Source: Macrostomum lignano
Lineage: Eukaryota
Direction: 5' to 3'
Length of the DNA stretch: 64,000 nt
Assembly: GCA_002269645.1 (NCBI GenBank)
Contig: NIVC01001743.1
Span: 1 to 64,000, forward strand
Shown here: positions 25,655 to 37,089 of the stretch, piece by piece
Position numbering within the stretch: position 1 is the stretch's first letter
How the letters are laid out: every line of letters starts with the position of its first letter
Translations under genes and position numbers: made by a program
Notes under the pieces: generated by a model
What the model was told of the DNA's origin: nothing
What the model saw: only the letters and a program-made list of their open reading frames with translations
Databases searched by the model: none

Positions 25655-28600
25655 ATGGTTCGACGCGGCGCCAGCAGTTTAAAGAAGAGCCGCGATGCCA
25701 AGCGACGGCGACAGGCAGAATCCGAGGCAGAGCGGGATGCCCGACTGGAAGAACAGCGGCAGCGGGATGCTCAGCGCAGACATGCTGAGACTGAGGCAGA
25801 GCGGGATGCCCGACTGGAAGAACAGCGGCAGCGGGATGCTCAGCGCAGACATGCTGAGACTGAGGCAGAGCGAGCTGCCCGACTGGAAGAACAGCGGCAG
25901 CGGAATGCTCAGCGCAGAGATGCTGAGACTGAGGCAGAGTGGGCTGCCCGACTGGAAGAACAGCGGCAGCGGGACGCTCAGCGCAGAGAGGCTGAGACTG
26001 AGGCAGAGTGGGCTGCCCGACTGGAAGCCGATCGGATTCGTTGCCGTGGAGCTGTGGTTTCTAGGTGAGTTGTATAGTAACTTTTTATAACAAGTCTTTA
26101 TTTTTGTTTTTTTCTGAATTGCCTTGAAGGGGATAATTTGTAGTATCTATTTTATTCTGTATAAATTAAGCGGATAACGATTTTTGAGGAATGAATTGTC
26201 TTAAAAAGCCAATTAAGGCTGCTGTGCTTACGTTCACCCATTGCCCCTTAGGTCGGACACCCAGCAGCAAGGTACAGAAACTATAGTACCCTTTGAGCAG
26301 TTGCAGGTAATCCCCATTGTTGGTGATGGCAATTGCTTTTTTTATGCTGTGTGTGATCAGCTGCGTGGAACCCCGCTGGAAACTGACGCAGCCTCCCTGC
26401 GGCAGGACTTGTCTTGCCGTGTTGCAGAACTCATGCCACAGCTGATTGCAGATGGCCTCATTGCACCTGAGAGTGCTGATGAGATCGTGAATTCCTCTTT
26501 TCAAGCAGGAATTTATGTTTCAGATGAAGTTGCCTCTTTGTTGAGCCGCTGCTTTGATGTGGATCTGGTCATTTACCAGGCCAATGGTAGTGTGATGCAA
26601 TATTTCAGGGCTAATTTGCGCCCTCCTAATGCCATTGTGCGTGTGCTTTTGCGCCATGAACATTACGAGTCACTGAGACTTCGAGAGCTTTTGCAAGCCT
26701 TTACAGATGCTGAGTTCCCAAGCCTGGCAGCAAGCAGAACTCCTGCCAAGAGGGCCAAAAAGGCCAAGGGCCCCAGCGCGATGCCGGCGGAACATGAGAC
26801 TGCGGGCCGCGCTGAAGACGGACCCGCTACTGCAAGGTAAACTGACACACAATGAACAGTTACATTTACATTTAACAGTTACTAAGAGATACATTCCATT
26901 TTTATTATCAGGCCTGAGACGATGGCGAGGCCAGAAGCTCCAGCCCATGACTGCGGGCCAATGGACTGGGCATGCAACCATTGCGGTGCCAAGCTGTTCC
27001 GCATGGAGACAGGCAATTTCTGCTGTGCTGGCGGCAAGGTGAAGCTGCCCACCCGGACTGTGCCACAGCTGCTGGCTGACCTGTACATGGGCCGGCATGG
27101 CATGAGCTCAGAGTTCCTGACCAACATCCGGAGCTACAACTCTGTGCTGCACCTGACCTCGCTGAGTGCCAAGCCGCGGTTGGTGCCAGGCTGGAATCCC
27201 AGCTACATCATCAGCGGTCAGCTGCACCACACTGCTATGCCGCTGTTTGCTGAAGCGTCTGCTGTTCCTCGCGGCTGGCAGGTGTACTTCACTGACCGCG
27301 AACTCGAAAGCCAGCAGAGTCTGAGCGATAGGGTGAAGCCAGAGCTACATGAGCTGCTACAGACGTTGCTTCACGAGTGCAACCTTTACGTTCGGAGCCT
27401 GAAGGCTGCAGCACAGCGGATCATGGAGGATCCGGAGCTTGTGGATGCGCGAATCGTGATTCACCCGGACCGAAGACCTTCTGGGGAACACATTCGGTGA
27501 GCTAACAATAACTGAAAAGGGATTCGAACACATTTTAAAACCTGTCTTTTAAAGCTTTGTGCCTGTGTACACAGGAATGTTTACCGTTGTAAAGAGTTTT
27601 GTTAAAAGCATTTGTTACTACCGTTCAAAATCAGGCGCTACAATTTGCCCACGGCAAACGAGGTCGGCATCCTCATTGTTAAGGACACTGAGGACACTGA
27701 GGCCCCTGAAGACGGTGATGAGCCAGCAACTAGCCGAGATGTTGTCATTCAACTGCGGGGTGGCGGCTACAAGAGGATTAGCAAAACGCACCGATCGTAT
27801 GATGCACTGGAGTACGTGTTGCTGTTCCCCCATGGCGAGGACGGCTGGCACCCGGAGCTGCGCATGAGCAATGGCCGCAAGCTGACGCCGATGAAGTACT
27901 ATGCCAGCGAAATCATGGTGCGAGCGGGCCATAGCAGCCTGCTGCACCACGGACGGCGGCTGTTCCAGCAGTACCTGGTGGACATGTGCGCCAAGATTGA
28001 GTCAGAGAGGCTGCTCTATCTGCGGACCCATCAGAGCGATCTGCGCAGTGAGACGTACAGCGGTCTGCGAGACGCTCTATTCGCTGCTGATGGCAGGTCG
28101 ACCGACACAAATCCGACTGATATTGGCAAGCCTGCGCACGTGTTCCTGTCCTCCAGCTTCGTTGGCGGGCCAAGGTACCTGATGGAGAGGCTGCAAGACG
28201 CCATGACCTATGTACAAAAGTTTGGCAAGCCGGACCTGTTTGTCACGGCGACGTGCAACCCTAAGTGGCCGGAAATCAGTGCACAGCTGCTGCCTGGACA
28301 GCGACCTGAGGACCGGCCGGATATTGTCACGCGTGTTTTCGAGCTGAAGAAGAAGGCTCTGCTTGCCGAGCTGAGGAAGCGCTTTGGAAAGGAGGCCGCG
28401 CATGTTTGCTCTCTGGAATATCAGAAGCGCGGTAAGTTAGCAAATTGCGCTTTCAATTTTCATTCTGTAATTGCATTCCAGGTTTAGCAATCCATATTTT
28501 TATGCAAGGGGTCATTGCAAACCGGAATTAAGTTTTAGCCATGATTCAAACTCCAGTTTCTCCATAATTCAAACTCCGCTTTCTCTACGATGCAAACGCT

Positions 28601-31600
28601 GGTTTAGAATTTTAATTAATTTACATGACTAAATTGTGATCACTCATACGTCGCTTTGAATCACTTGTTTATGTCTTCCACAGGTCTCCCCCATGTGCAC
28701 TTTCTGCTCTGGCTGGTCAGTGGACAGAGAGTGACTCCGGACCGCTACGACAAAATCGTGTCCGCTGAGATCCCGGACCCACAGCAGCAGCCGAGGCTGC
28801 ACGAGCTGGTGAAGACTCACATGATCCATGGCCCCTGCGGCGTGGTAAATCCAGCCTGCCCGTGCATGGTGGACGGCCAGTGCAGCAAGGGCTTCCCGAA
28901 GGAGTTCCAGCAGGCGACCCTAACCAGCGATACTGGCTACCCATTGTATCGCAGGCTGTCCCCTGAGATGGGCGGATTTACGGTGGACAAACTATTCAAA
29001 GGCCGCAGCATTCGCATGGACAACAGGTGAGTGAGGAGGTGTTGGTGTTTTTTCAGACTTGATTGAAAGGTTGATTCTTTAATACGAAAGCAAAGTACTT
29101 AGTTTAGCCTTGTGTTTAGTTTATTTATATTGCTAAATTGTTTATTTACTGTAAGTTTAATTTACCATTGCTAGAATACATAAATCATTAATTAGCAATT
29201 CTTTTCCTGGCACAAATACAGGTCGGTTGTACCATACAACCCGGGCCTGCTGCTCCTTTTCGAATGCCACATGAACTTTGAAGTTTGTGCCACCGTCAAG
29301 TCGGTCAAGTACGTGATCAAGTACTTGCTAAAAGGCGGCGACATGGCGTCGTTCAAGTTCGAGGCAAACAAGAAGCCGAGCGGGCCAGGAGAGCAGGCTG
29401 CGGATGGCGAACGACAGGAAGGTTCAGCTAGCAAGGCTCCGACTCAAGCCAAGAAGGAGGGGCGAAATGAGATCAAGGAGTATCTGCTGGCGCGCTACAT
29501 AGGCCCAATGGAAGCCGTGAATACCATCTTGGGCTTTGAAGTAAGTCATAGATGTTTGCAAGGCAGTGCTAGGAGCAAAGAATGGGAAAATAATGATATG
29601 GTTTTTAAACTAAAACACAACAGGTGCACAACAGATTTCCGGCTGTGATCCGATTGTGCGTGCACAAGTCTAACGAGCAGCTCGTGTATTTCAACGAGCA
29701 AAATGCGAGCACAAAGGCCAGGGCGCCCAGAGATTCGACGCTGACGGCTTTCTTCAAGCTGTGCCGCACTGATGAATTCGCTAGAGGCCTGGTGTACACC
29801 GAGGTGCCGTCCTACTTCGTGTGGCACCACAGCGAGAGGGAGTGGCGCCGCGCCAAGAAGGGTTCGAGAGTTGAGGGCCACCCTGGTGTTGTGCACAACA
29901 CGAACATTGCCCGAATGTACACGGTGAGTCCGAGAGCAGGGGATCTGTTTTATATGCGAATGCTCCTCCTGCAGGTTAGAGGGCCAACCAGCTTCGAGGC
30001 GCTGCACACTGTGGACGGAGTGCTGTGTCCCAGCGCCAAGGCTGCTTGCACGGCCCTGGGTCTGCTGCAACGAGACGACCACTGGCGGCGCTGCCTAGCC
30101 GAGGCAGTCCAGTCGCGAATGCCGAGAGCTCTCAGGCACCTGCTGGCTGTCATTCTGATTTGGGGCAACCCTGAGGATGGCAGCGATCTGTGGTGCACAT
30201 TCGCCGAGGATCTGTGCGAGGACCTGCGGTTTCACCACCGAGATCTGAGCGCTGAGGAAATCACCGACCTGGCGCTGCGCGAGCTGCAGAGCATGCTGAC
30301 CTCCATGGGCGGTCACAGCCTGCCCGAGTACGGCTTGCCTGCGGCCTCCGTGCCGCCTCAAGTCGGACCGATGCAGTTCGACCCGGTTGAACAGGCCGAG
30401 ATCCGGGAAGCGAGACTGTCAATGCTGACGGAGGAGCAGATTGCGGTGTACGAGTCGGTGACTGCGGATCTTGTGGCCGGCTCGGGCGGTTTGCACTTCC
30501 TGGACGCGCCCGCTGGCACTGGCAAGACCTTCCTGCTGGAGGTTTTGCTGGCCTTTGTGCGCAGCCGCGGTGAACTCGCCCTGGCAGTTGCGGCGTCTGG
30601 AATCGCAGCGACTCTGCTGCCAGGCGGACAGACTGCGCATTCCACGTAAGTTTTTTAGATTAGGGGAATGCTTCTGAATTTTAGAGTCGCGTTTCTAATC
30701 GATTCTACCTATGACAACTTCACTCTAGGTTCAAGATCCCAGTCCGGCTGCTCCGATCCAACAAGGATGTCTGCGCTGTTGGCGCGCAGTCCAAGCAAGC
30801 GGAAGTGTTTCGTAGAGTTCGGCTGATTGTCTGGGACGAGATCTCCATGACCAATCGAAAGGATCTGGAATCCGTGGACAGGTGTCTGCGAGACGTTCGG
30901 AAGCAGGACAAGCCATTTGGAGGAGTCACTCTGGTGTGTTCCGGTGACTTCCGCCAGCTCCTGCCTGTCGTAGTGAATGGAACCCGCGCCAACAGCGTCA
31001 TGGCGTGTGTCTGCAGATCTTCGCTGTGGAAACTTTTCAAGCGACATCGCTTGACGAGAAACATTCGTCTGCTGTGCAGCTCCGAGCCAGCGATGTACCA
31101 GAAGTTCACGGAGCTACTCATGCAGGTGAGAATGGGGTGTAAAAATCATTTTTTCTCGCGAATCATTGCGAATATTATGTTTCATGTTTTTATTGCTTTT
31201 CTTTTCACAGATCGGAACCGGGACAATCGAGCAGGATGCTGAGGAGAAGGTGTCCCTTCCCGCTGAGATGGTGATTTCTGCAGAGGCTCCGCTGAATGAC
31301 CTGATCAAGTTCGTGTACCCGTCGTTTGAAGAATCAGCGGAGCGGGACGACTATTTTGCAAGTCGAGCGATACTGGCGCCGTACAACGACTCTGTTGATG
31401 CCATCAACGAGACGTGTCTGGGCATTTTCCCGGGTTGCCTGCGAGAGTATCGCTCTGTAGACAGCCTGGCTGATGAGGAGGCCGCTACGCATTTCCCGAC
31501 GGAGTTGCTAAACCAGCTGGATGCCCCGAATTTTCCAACTTATCTGCTCAGGATCAAGGTGGGCATGCCGCTGGTGCTTCTTCGGAATATCAACCCGCCG

Positions 31601-31975
31601 CGGCTGTGCAACGGTACACGGCTCATCGTTCTCACGATGGGCGATAATGTGCTGCGCTGCAAGATTGCCGCCGGTCAGTTCACTGGAGACGAGATCCTGC
31701 TGCCGCGAATTCCGCTGATTCCAAACAATGCGGATCTACCAGTGAGTTTCAAGCGGCTGCAGTTTCCGGTGAAGCCGAGCTTCTGCCTTACAATACACAA
31801 AGCACAAGGACAATCCCTGGAGACCGTTGGAGTTGACCTGGCTGTCGGTTGCTTCACTCATGGTCAGCTGTACACGGCGCTGTCACGGGCGAAGAACGCC
31901 GCGAATGTTCGCGTCCGGATCTGTGGCACCAAGACCAGAAACGTGGTGTATCCAGAAGTGCTCACTGGAGATTAG
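25655..31975 (+). CDS. Helitron Rep/Helicase, 9 exons (25655-26064, 26252-26836, 26912-27496, 27635-28431, 28684-29026, 29222-29540, 29624-30645, 30729-31125, 31211-31975), 1740 aa; STPR-like repeats + OTU-like + Zn finger + HUH Rep + PIF1 helicase
   Basis: All eight introns are GT-AG and phase-compatible, totalling 5223 nt. Motifs: FVTATCNPKWPEI, EYQKRGLPHVH (HUH), KYVIKY (Y2), DAPAGTGKT, WDEISM, GDFRQLLPV, TIHKAQGQS, HGQLYTALSR, GDGNCFF..HYE (OTU), CNHC..CC. Confidence 0.92.
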
Positions 31976-32239
31976 GCGATTTCCAGGCGTCATTGAAGTG
32001 AGTATTACTTGTGTCATTTTGTCTGTGAGTGTCGCATTGGTATCTGTGTTTAATAGTGATCACAAGTAGTTTATCCTGATATGTAAATGGCCCGCTGAGA
32101 CATATCAGGCAAATCCTGCTTTATTCACCTAATAAATTCAAATTAGATGGGATCATAATGGAATTGAGATCAGGGATTACCTAGGCAAAATGATTAGCTA
32201 AATTGGGTTCATTGCATAACAGAACTGAGCATAACAGAT

Positions 32240-32730
32240 CCCAATCCTAAATTCATAGAATCTCTTAGATCCCAATGCTAAATTCATAGAATCTCTTAGA
32301 TCCCAATCCTAAATTCACAGAATCTCTTAGATCCCAATGCTAAATTCACAGAATCTCTTAGATTCCAATCCTAAATTCATAGAATCTCTTGAATCCCAAT
32401 CCTAAATTCACAGAATCTCTTAGATCCCAATCCTAAATTCATAGAATCTCTTATATCCCAATCCTAAATTCATAGAATCTCTTATATCCCAATCCTAAAT
32501 TCTTAGAATCTCTTAGATCCCAATCCTAAATTCATAGAATCTCTTAGATCCCAATCCTAAATTCACAGAATCTCTTAGATCCCAATGCTAAATTCACAGA
32601 ATCTATTAGATTCCAATCCTAAATTCATAGAATCTCTTAAATCCCAATCCTAAATTCATAGAATCTCTTAGATCCCAATCCTAAATTCATAGAATCTCTT
32701 AGATCCCAATCCTAAATTCACAGAATCTTA
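32240..32730. repeat. 31-bp satellite GAATCTCTTAGATCCCAATCCTAAATTCATA downstream of Rep/Hel
   Basis: About 15 copies, flanked by a 25-bp direct repeat ATTGGGTTCATTGCATAACAGAACT at ~32202 and ~32761. Confidence 0.95.
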
Positions 32731-33109
32731 TATATCAATCCTAGATCATTGCTTAGCCTAATTGGGTTCATTGCATAACAGAACTAAGATCATTGCTTAG
32801 CGTAATTGGGATCATTTGGCATAACTAAGTTGGGATCCTTGCATACTAAATTGGGATCAAGGCAAACCAGAATAGGATCGGATACAATCGGATCCCAATT
32901 TAGTTGTGCCATGAAAGTTAATAAGTAATAGTGAAATTAATGTAGGTAAATATTAGGTGAATATATAGCAGGTTGGCTGCATATCAATGGGCCTTGAGAT
33001 TGTGGTTGAAATAACGTGTTCGCTGCTTTTTCACGATTCAGAGGTTCTTCCACTCTAAAACTGAGGGTATGCAGCCATGAGAGAGAGGTTTGAAGCAGCT
33101 TCAGCAAAC

Positions 33110-33409
33110 CTAGAGACTTGTGATAGCTAAGCTTTTTGTGTGACGTTGAGTGCATGAACTTAACTTGCCCCAGTGAATGCCTCTGACCAGCAGTGCAGAG
33201 TAAAGCAAGCCAACAAGCAGTAGGATTGACACCATTATTCTTGCAGTCAAATGCAATGAACTGTGCAATGATACTGTCTTGTTGGCGGAGCCTTCTGCAA
33301 GTGCATCATGTTTACTGTTTGTGGGTAATATTTTTAGGTGCAATGCAATTTTTTCTTTTTTCATTGAACTGAATCCCATTACTGTCCCATTACTGTCGTT
33401 TTCTGACAT
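33110..33409 (-). other. 99-aa ORF with one hydrophobic segment inside Helitron unit 4 (possible captured gene fragment)
   Basis: ATG-initiated, non-repetitive, with a TM-like stretch IMVSILLLVGLLYSALLV. No homology was recognised. Confidence 0.25.
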
Positions 33410-35384
33410 TACTCAGTAGTCACAACTTGTTTCTGTCGAAAAAATAATTTAACAAACGAAAGAGGAAAATCGCTGAATTCTCTACATTTGGAGTTTGTTT
33501 TCTTATAATGTCATAATGATATGTATTTGTATAATAATAATTTTGCCAGATGCTCACTCAATTGTTGTTGTTTTGTTGTTTTCAATGTGTTTTGCAATTG
33601 AAGAAATACAAAAAATGTTTCAGTGGACAAAGACCAGTCCCATGATTCATGAATCTGCATACCTGGTACCTGCCTTATTCTATTTTAAAAGATAAATTGT
33701 CAGGCATGCATTTATAATGAAGAATGATACAAAATGGATTACTAAGAAAAGAGGTCAGATGAGAAATAGGATCTGATCAGAACTGGAATCATTAAGAAAA
33801 AGAAAGGAGATTAGAAATTGATCCATTGATATTTAATCAGCCATTGATATGAGCTAACCATTTTGAACTATCAAAATGGATCTAATTTGAAATAGACTTT
33901 TATGTCATATAGGATTTGATTCAAAATAAGATTTGACAATGTGAATGAGGCATATAAGAAAAGAGAAGTCTGCTGAGGAGTGTGACTAGAAAAGAAAGGG
34001 GGAATTTAGCATGATAATATATATCATATATCATGCCTATATATAGCCAATGTTAGCTTTATTAAAAGTGTCAAACCAAAGGTCGAAGGATGTAGCTCCA
34101 GTTGCTTTTGCAAAGTCCATTCACAATGAGATAGCTGCATTGAACTGACTCTTTAAGTCATTTATTATAATAAGAGGGGCCTCATTCAAGGGCAATAGTT
34201 GCAATGCTGAGCTACTTATTGTTCGGAACATTGCAGTCGCAGTTAGTACGATGAGCAGGGCTAAGAAATTCACTTACAAATGAAGAAAGTAAAAAATTTC
34301 TCGGGATGTGTATAAAACTGTAGTACACATGAGCAATACAAGCAACAAGAAAATCGGAATAAAGCAAGTCATTTCTCGGAAAGTCGCAATTTCTTGGAAT
34401 ATTATTTAATTTATTTTCAGTAACAACTAAAAAAGTGATCTCAACAGTTTTATAAACTAAATAAATAAAATAATTTTTATCAAACACGTTGACATATACA
34501 GGGCTCTAAACTAAAAAACTGTAAAAAGTTGATAGTTTTGTTTTACCTAAAATGCGATATTAACGATCTCCAAAAATTCCTATTTTAAGCTTAAGCTTAA
34601 GAAAGACACTTAAAGTACTCCTGCTAAAAGGTATATTATATTAGACGAATATTAATTATTTCTGATCCCCGAAGGGGGGCAAAACTTTAGCTAGTCCAAT
34701 ATACTAAAAATGGTCTGTCTGTGTCTATGTGATCGATTAGAGAAAAAATGGCTGGACCGATTTTGTTCGAACTTGCACTGTTCGATCAGAAATTTTCCCG
34801 TGACTGTACATGCATCGTGGCTAAGAAATTGCTCGATGCTAAAGGCATTAAATATTCGAAAAACATGATTTTTTGCAAAGGTCAAGCAAACTTTTCGACT
34901 TGAAATGCATTGTAAGTATGCTAGAGAAAAAACTAACTGGTTGAATCCTAAATTCTAAAATGGATTGCATCACAATACACTTTATTTATCGTCTGTGTAC
35001 TGGCTGAATTTGACACTCAATTGAATTGCGTCACAGCTTTGAGTGTGAAAGCATAGCGCAGTACTGAATTTATATTACGTAACCATATTGTAAACTTTCA
35101 TAGACACTGGTACTGAATTGCCTAAGAAATTGATTATGTCATAACTGCTTCGTGTGACTTTTTACTCTACCTGACTTGGTGTGAGTATTGAATTATATAA
35201 GTGGTACAAATTCACTGAGACTTCGATGAGAGCTAGCCTAGAGCTGAAGAGCTAGACTGCTAATGCAGCGACCTGGTTTCGAATCTAAGTAGTTTAAAAG
35301 TAGTAGTGTAAAATTTTTTATTAAAAGCTTTTATTAAATATTTTGTCCTTTAATAAAACATTTAGTCCTTTAATAAAACAAAAC

Positions 35385-37030
35385 TTAGATTACTGCACTC
35401 GATAAGCCAAGGATTACTGCACTTGGAAAACTAAGGATTACTGCACTCGAGAAGCCAAGTATTATTGCTATTAATAAACCAAGGATCACTGCACTCGAGA
35501 AGCCAAGGACTATTGCTCTTGGCAAACCAAAGATTACTGCACTCGAGAAGCCAAGGACTATTGCTCTTGGCAAACCAAGGATTACTGCACTTGATTAATC
35601 AAGGATTATTGCTATTATTAAACCAAGGATTACTGCACTCGAGAAGCCAAGGATTATTGCTATTATTAAACCAAGGATTACTGCACTTGATTAATCAAGG
35701 ATTATTGCTATTAATAAACTAAGGATTACTGCACTCGATAAACCAAGTACTATTGCTCTTGGCAAACCAAGGATTACTGCACTCGATAAGCCAAGGATTA
35801 TTGCTATTAATAAACAAAGGATTACTGCACTTGGAAAACCAAGGATTACTGCACTCGAGAAGCCAAGGAATATTGCTATTATTAAACCAAGGATTACTGC
35901 ACTTGATTAATCAAGGATTATTGCTATTATTAAACTAAGGATTACTGCACTCGATAAATCAAGGACTATTGCTCTTGGCAAACCAAGGATTACTGCACTC
36001 GATAAGCCAAGGATTATTGCTATTAATAAACCAAGGATTACTGCACTTGGAAAACCAAGGATTACTGCACTCGAGAAGCCAAGGATTATTGCTATTAATA
36101 AACAAAGGATCACTGCACTCGAGAAGCCAAGAATTATTGCTATTAATAAACCAAGGATTACTGCACTCGATAAGCCAAGGATTATTGCTATTAATAAACC
36201 ATGGACTACTGCACTCGATAAGCCAAGGATTATTGCTATTAATAAACCAAGGATTAATGCACTCGATAAACCAAGGTCAATTGCTCTTGGCAAACCAAGG
36301 ATTACTGCACTCAAGAAGCCAAGGATTATTGCTATTAATAAACCAAGGATTACTGCACTCGATAAACCAAGGATTATTGCTCTTTATAAACCAAGGATTA
36401 CTGCACTTGGAAAACCAAGGATTATTGCTATTAATAAACCAAGGATTACTGCACTCGAGAAGCCAAGGATTATTGTTGTTAATAAACCAAGGATTACTGC
36501 ACTCGATAAGTCAAGGATTATTGCTATTATTAAACCATGGACTACTGCACTCGATAAGCCAAGGATTATTGCTATTAATAAACCAAGGATTACTGCACTC
36601 GATAAGCCAAGGATTATTGCTATTAATAAACCAAGGATTACTGCACTTGGAAAACCAAGGATTACTGCACTCGATAAGCCATGGATTATTGCTATTAATA
36701 AACCAAGGATTACTGCACTCGATAAGCCAAGGATTATTGCTATTAATAAACCAAGGATTAATGCACTTGATAAGCCAAGGATTATTGCTATTAATAAACC
36801 AAGGATTACTGCACTCGATAAGCCAAGGATTATTGCTATTAATAAACCAAGGATTACTGCACTCGAGAAGCCAAGGATTATTACTATTAATAAACCAAGG
36901 ATTAATGCACTTGATAAGCCAAGGATTATTGCTATTAATAAACCAAGGATTACTGCACTCGATAAGCCAAAGATTATTGGTCTTAATAAACCAAGGATTA
37001 CTTCACTCCATAGCCAAGGATTACTGCGCT
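35385..37030. repeat. 24/48-bp satellite, same family as 21565-23375
   Basis: Directly visible. Confidence 0.95.
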
Positions 37031-37089
37031 TGATAAGCTTGGCTACATGTATAGGATTATTTCTATCCAGGGATGCTTGCTATTTAGGA

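Larger units (their letters stand above)
23989..34694 (+). mobile_element. Autonomous Helitron, array unit 4 (10.7 kb)
   Basis: 5' TCTAATATACTAAAA plus the shared core; Rep/Helicase gene; 3' hairpin CCCCGAAGGGG followed by AGCTAG|TC. Confidence 0.9.

Noticed and set aside
23989-34694. Helentron/Helitron2 classification
   Set aside because: No endonuclease domain, subterminal inverted repeats or TT target were seen. The termini are canonical 5'-TC and 3'-hairpin-CTAG.
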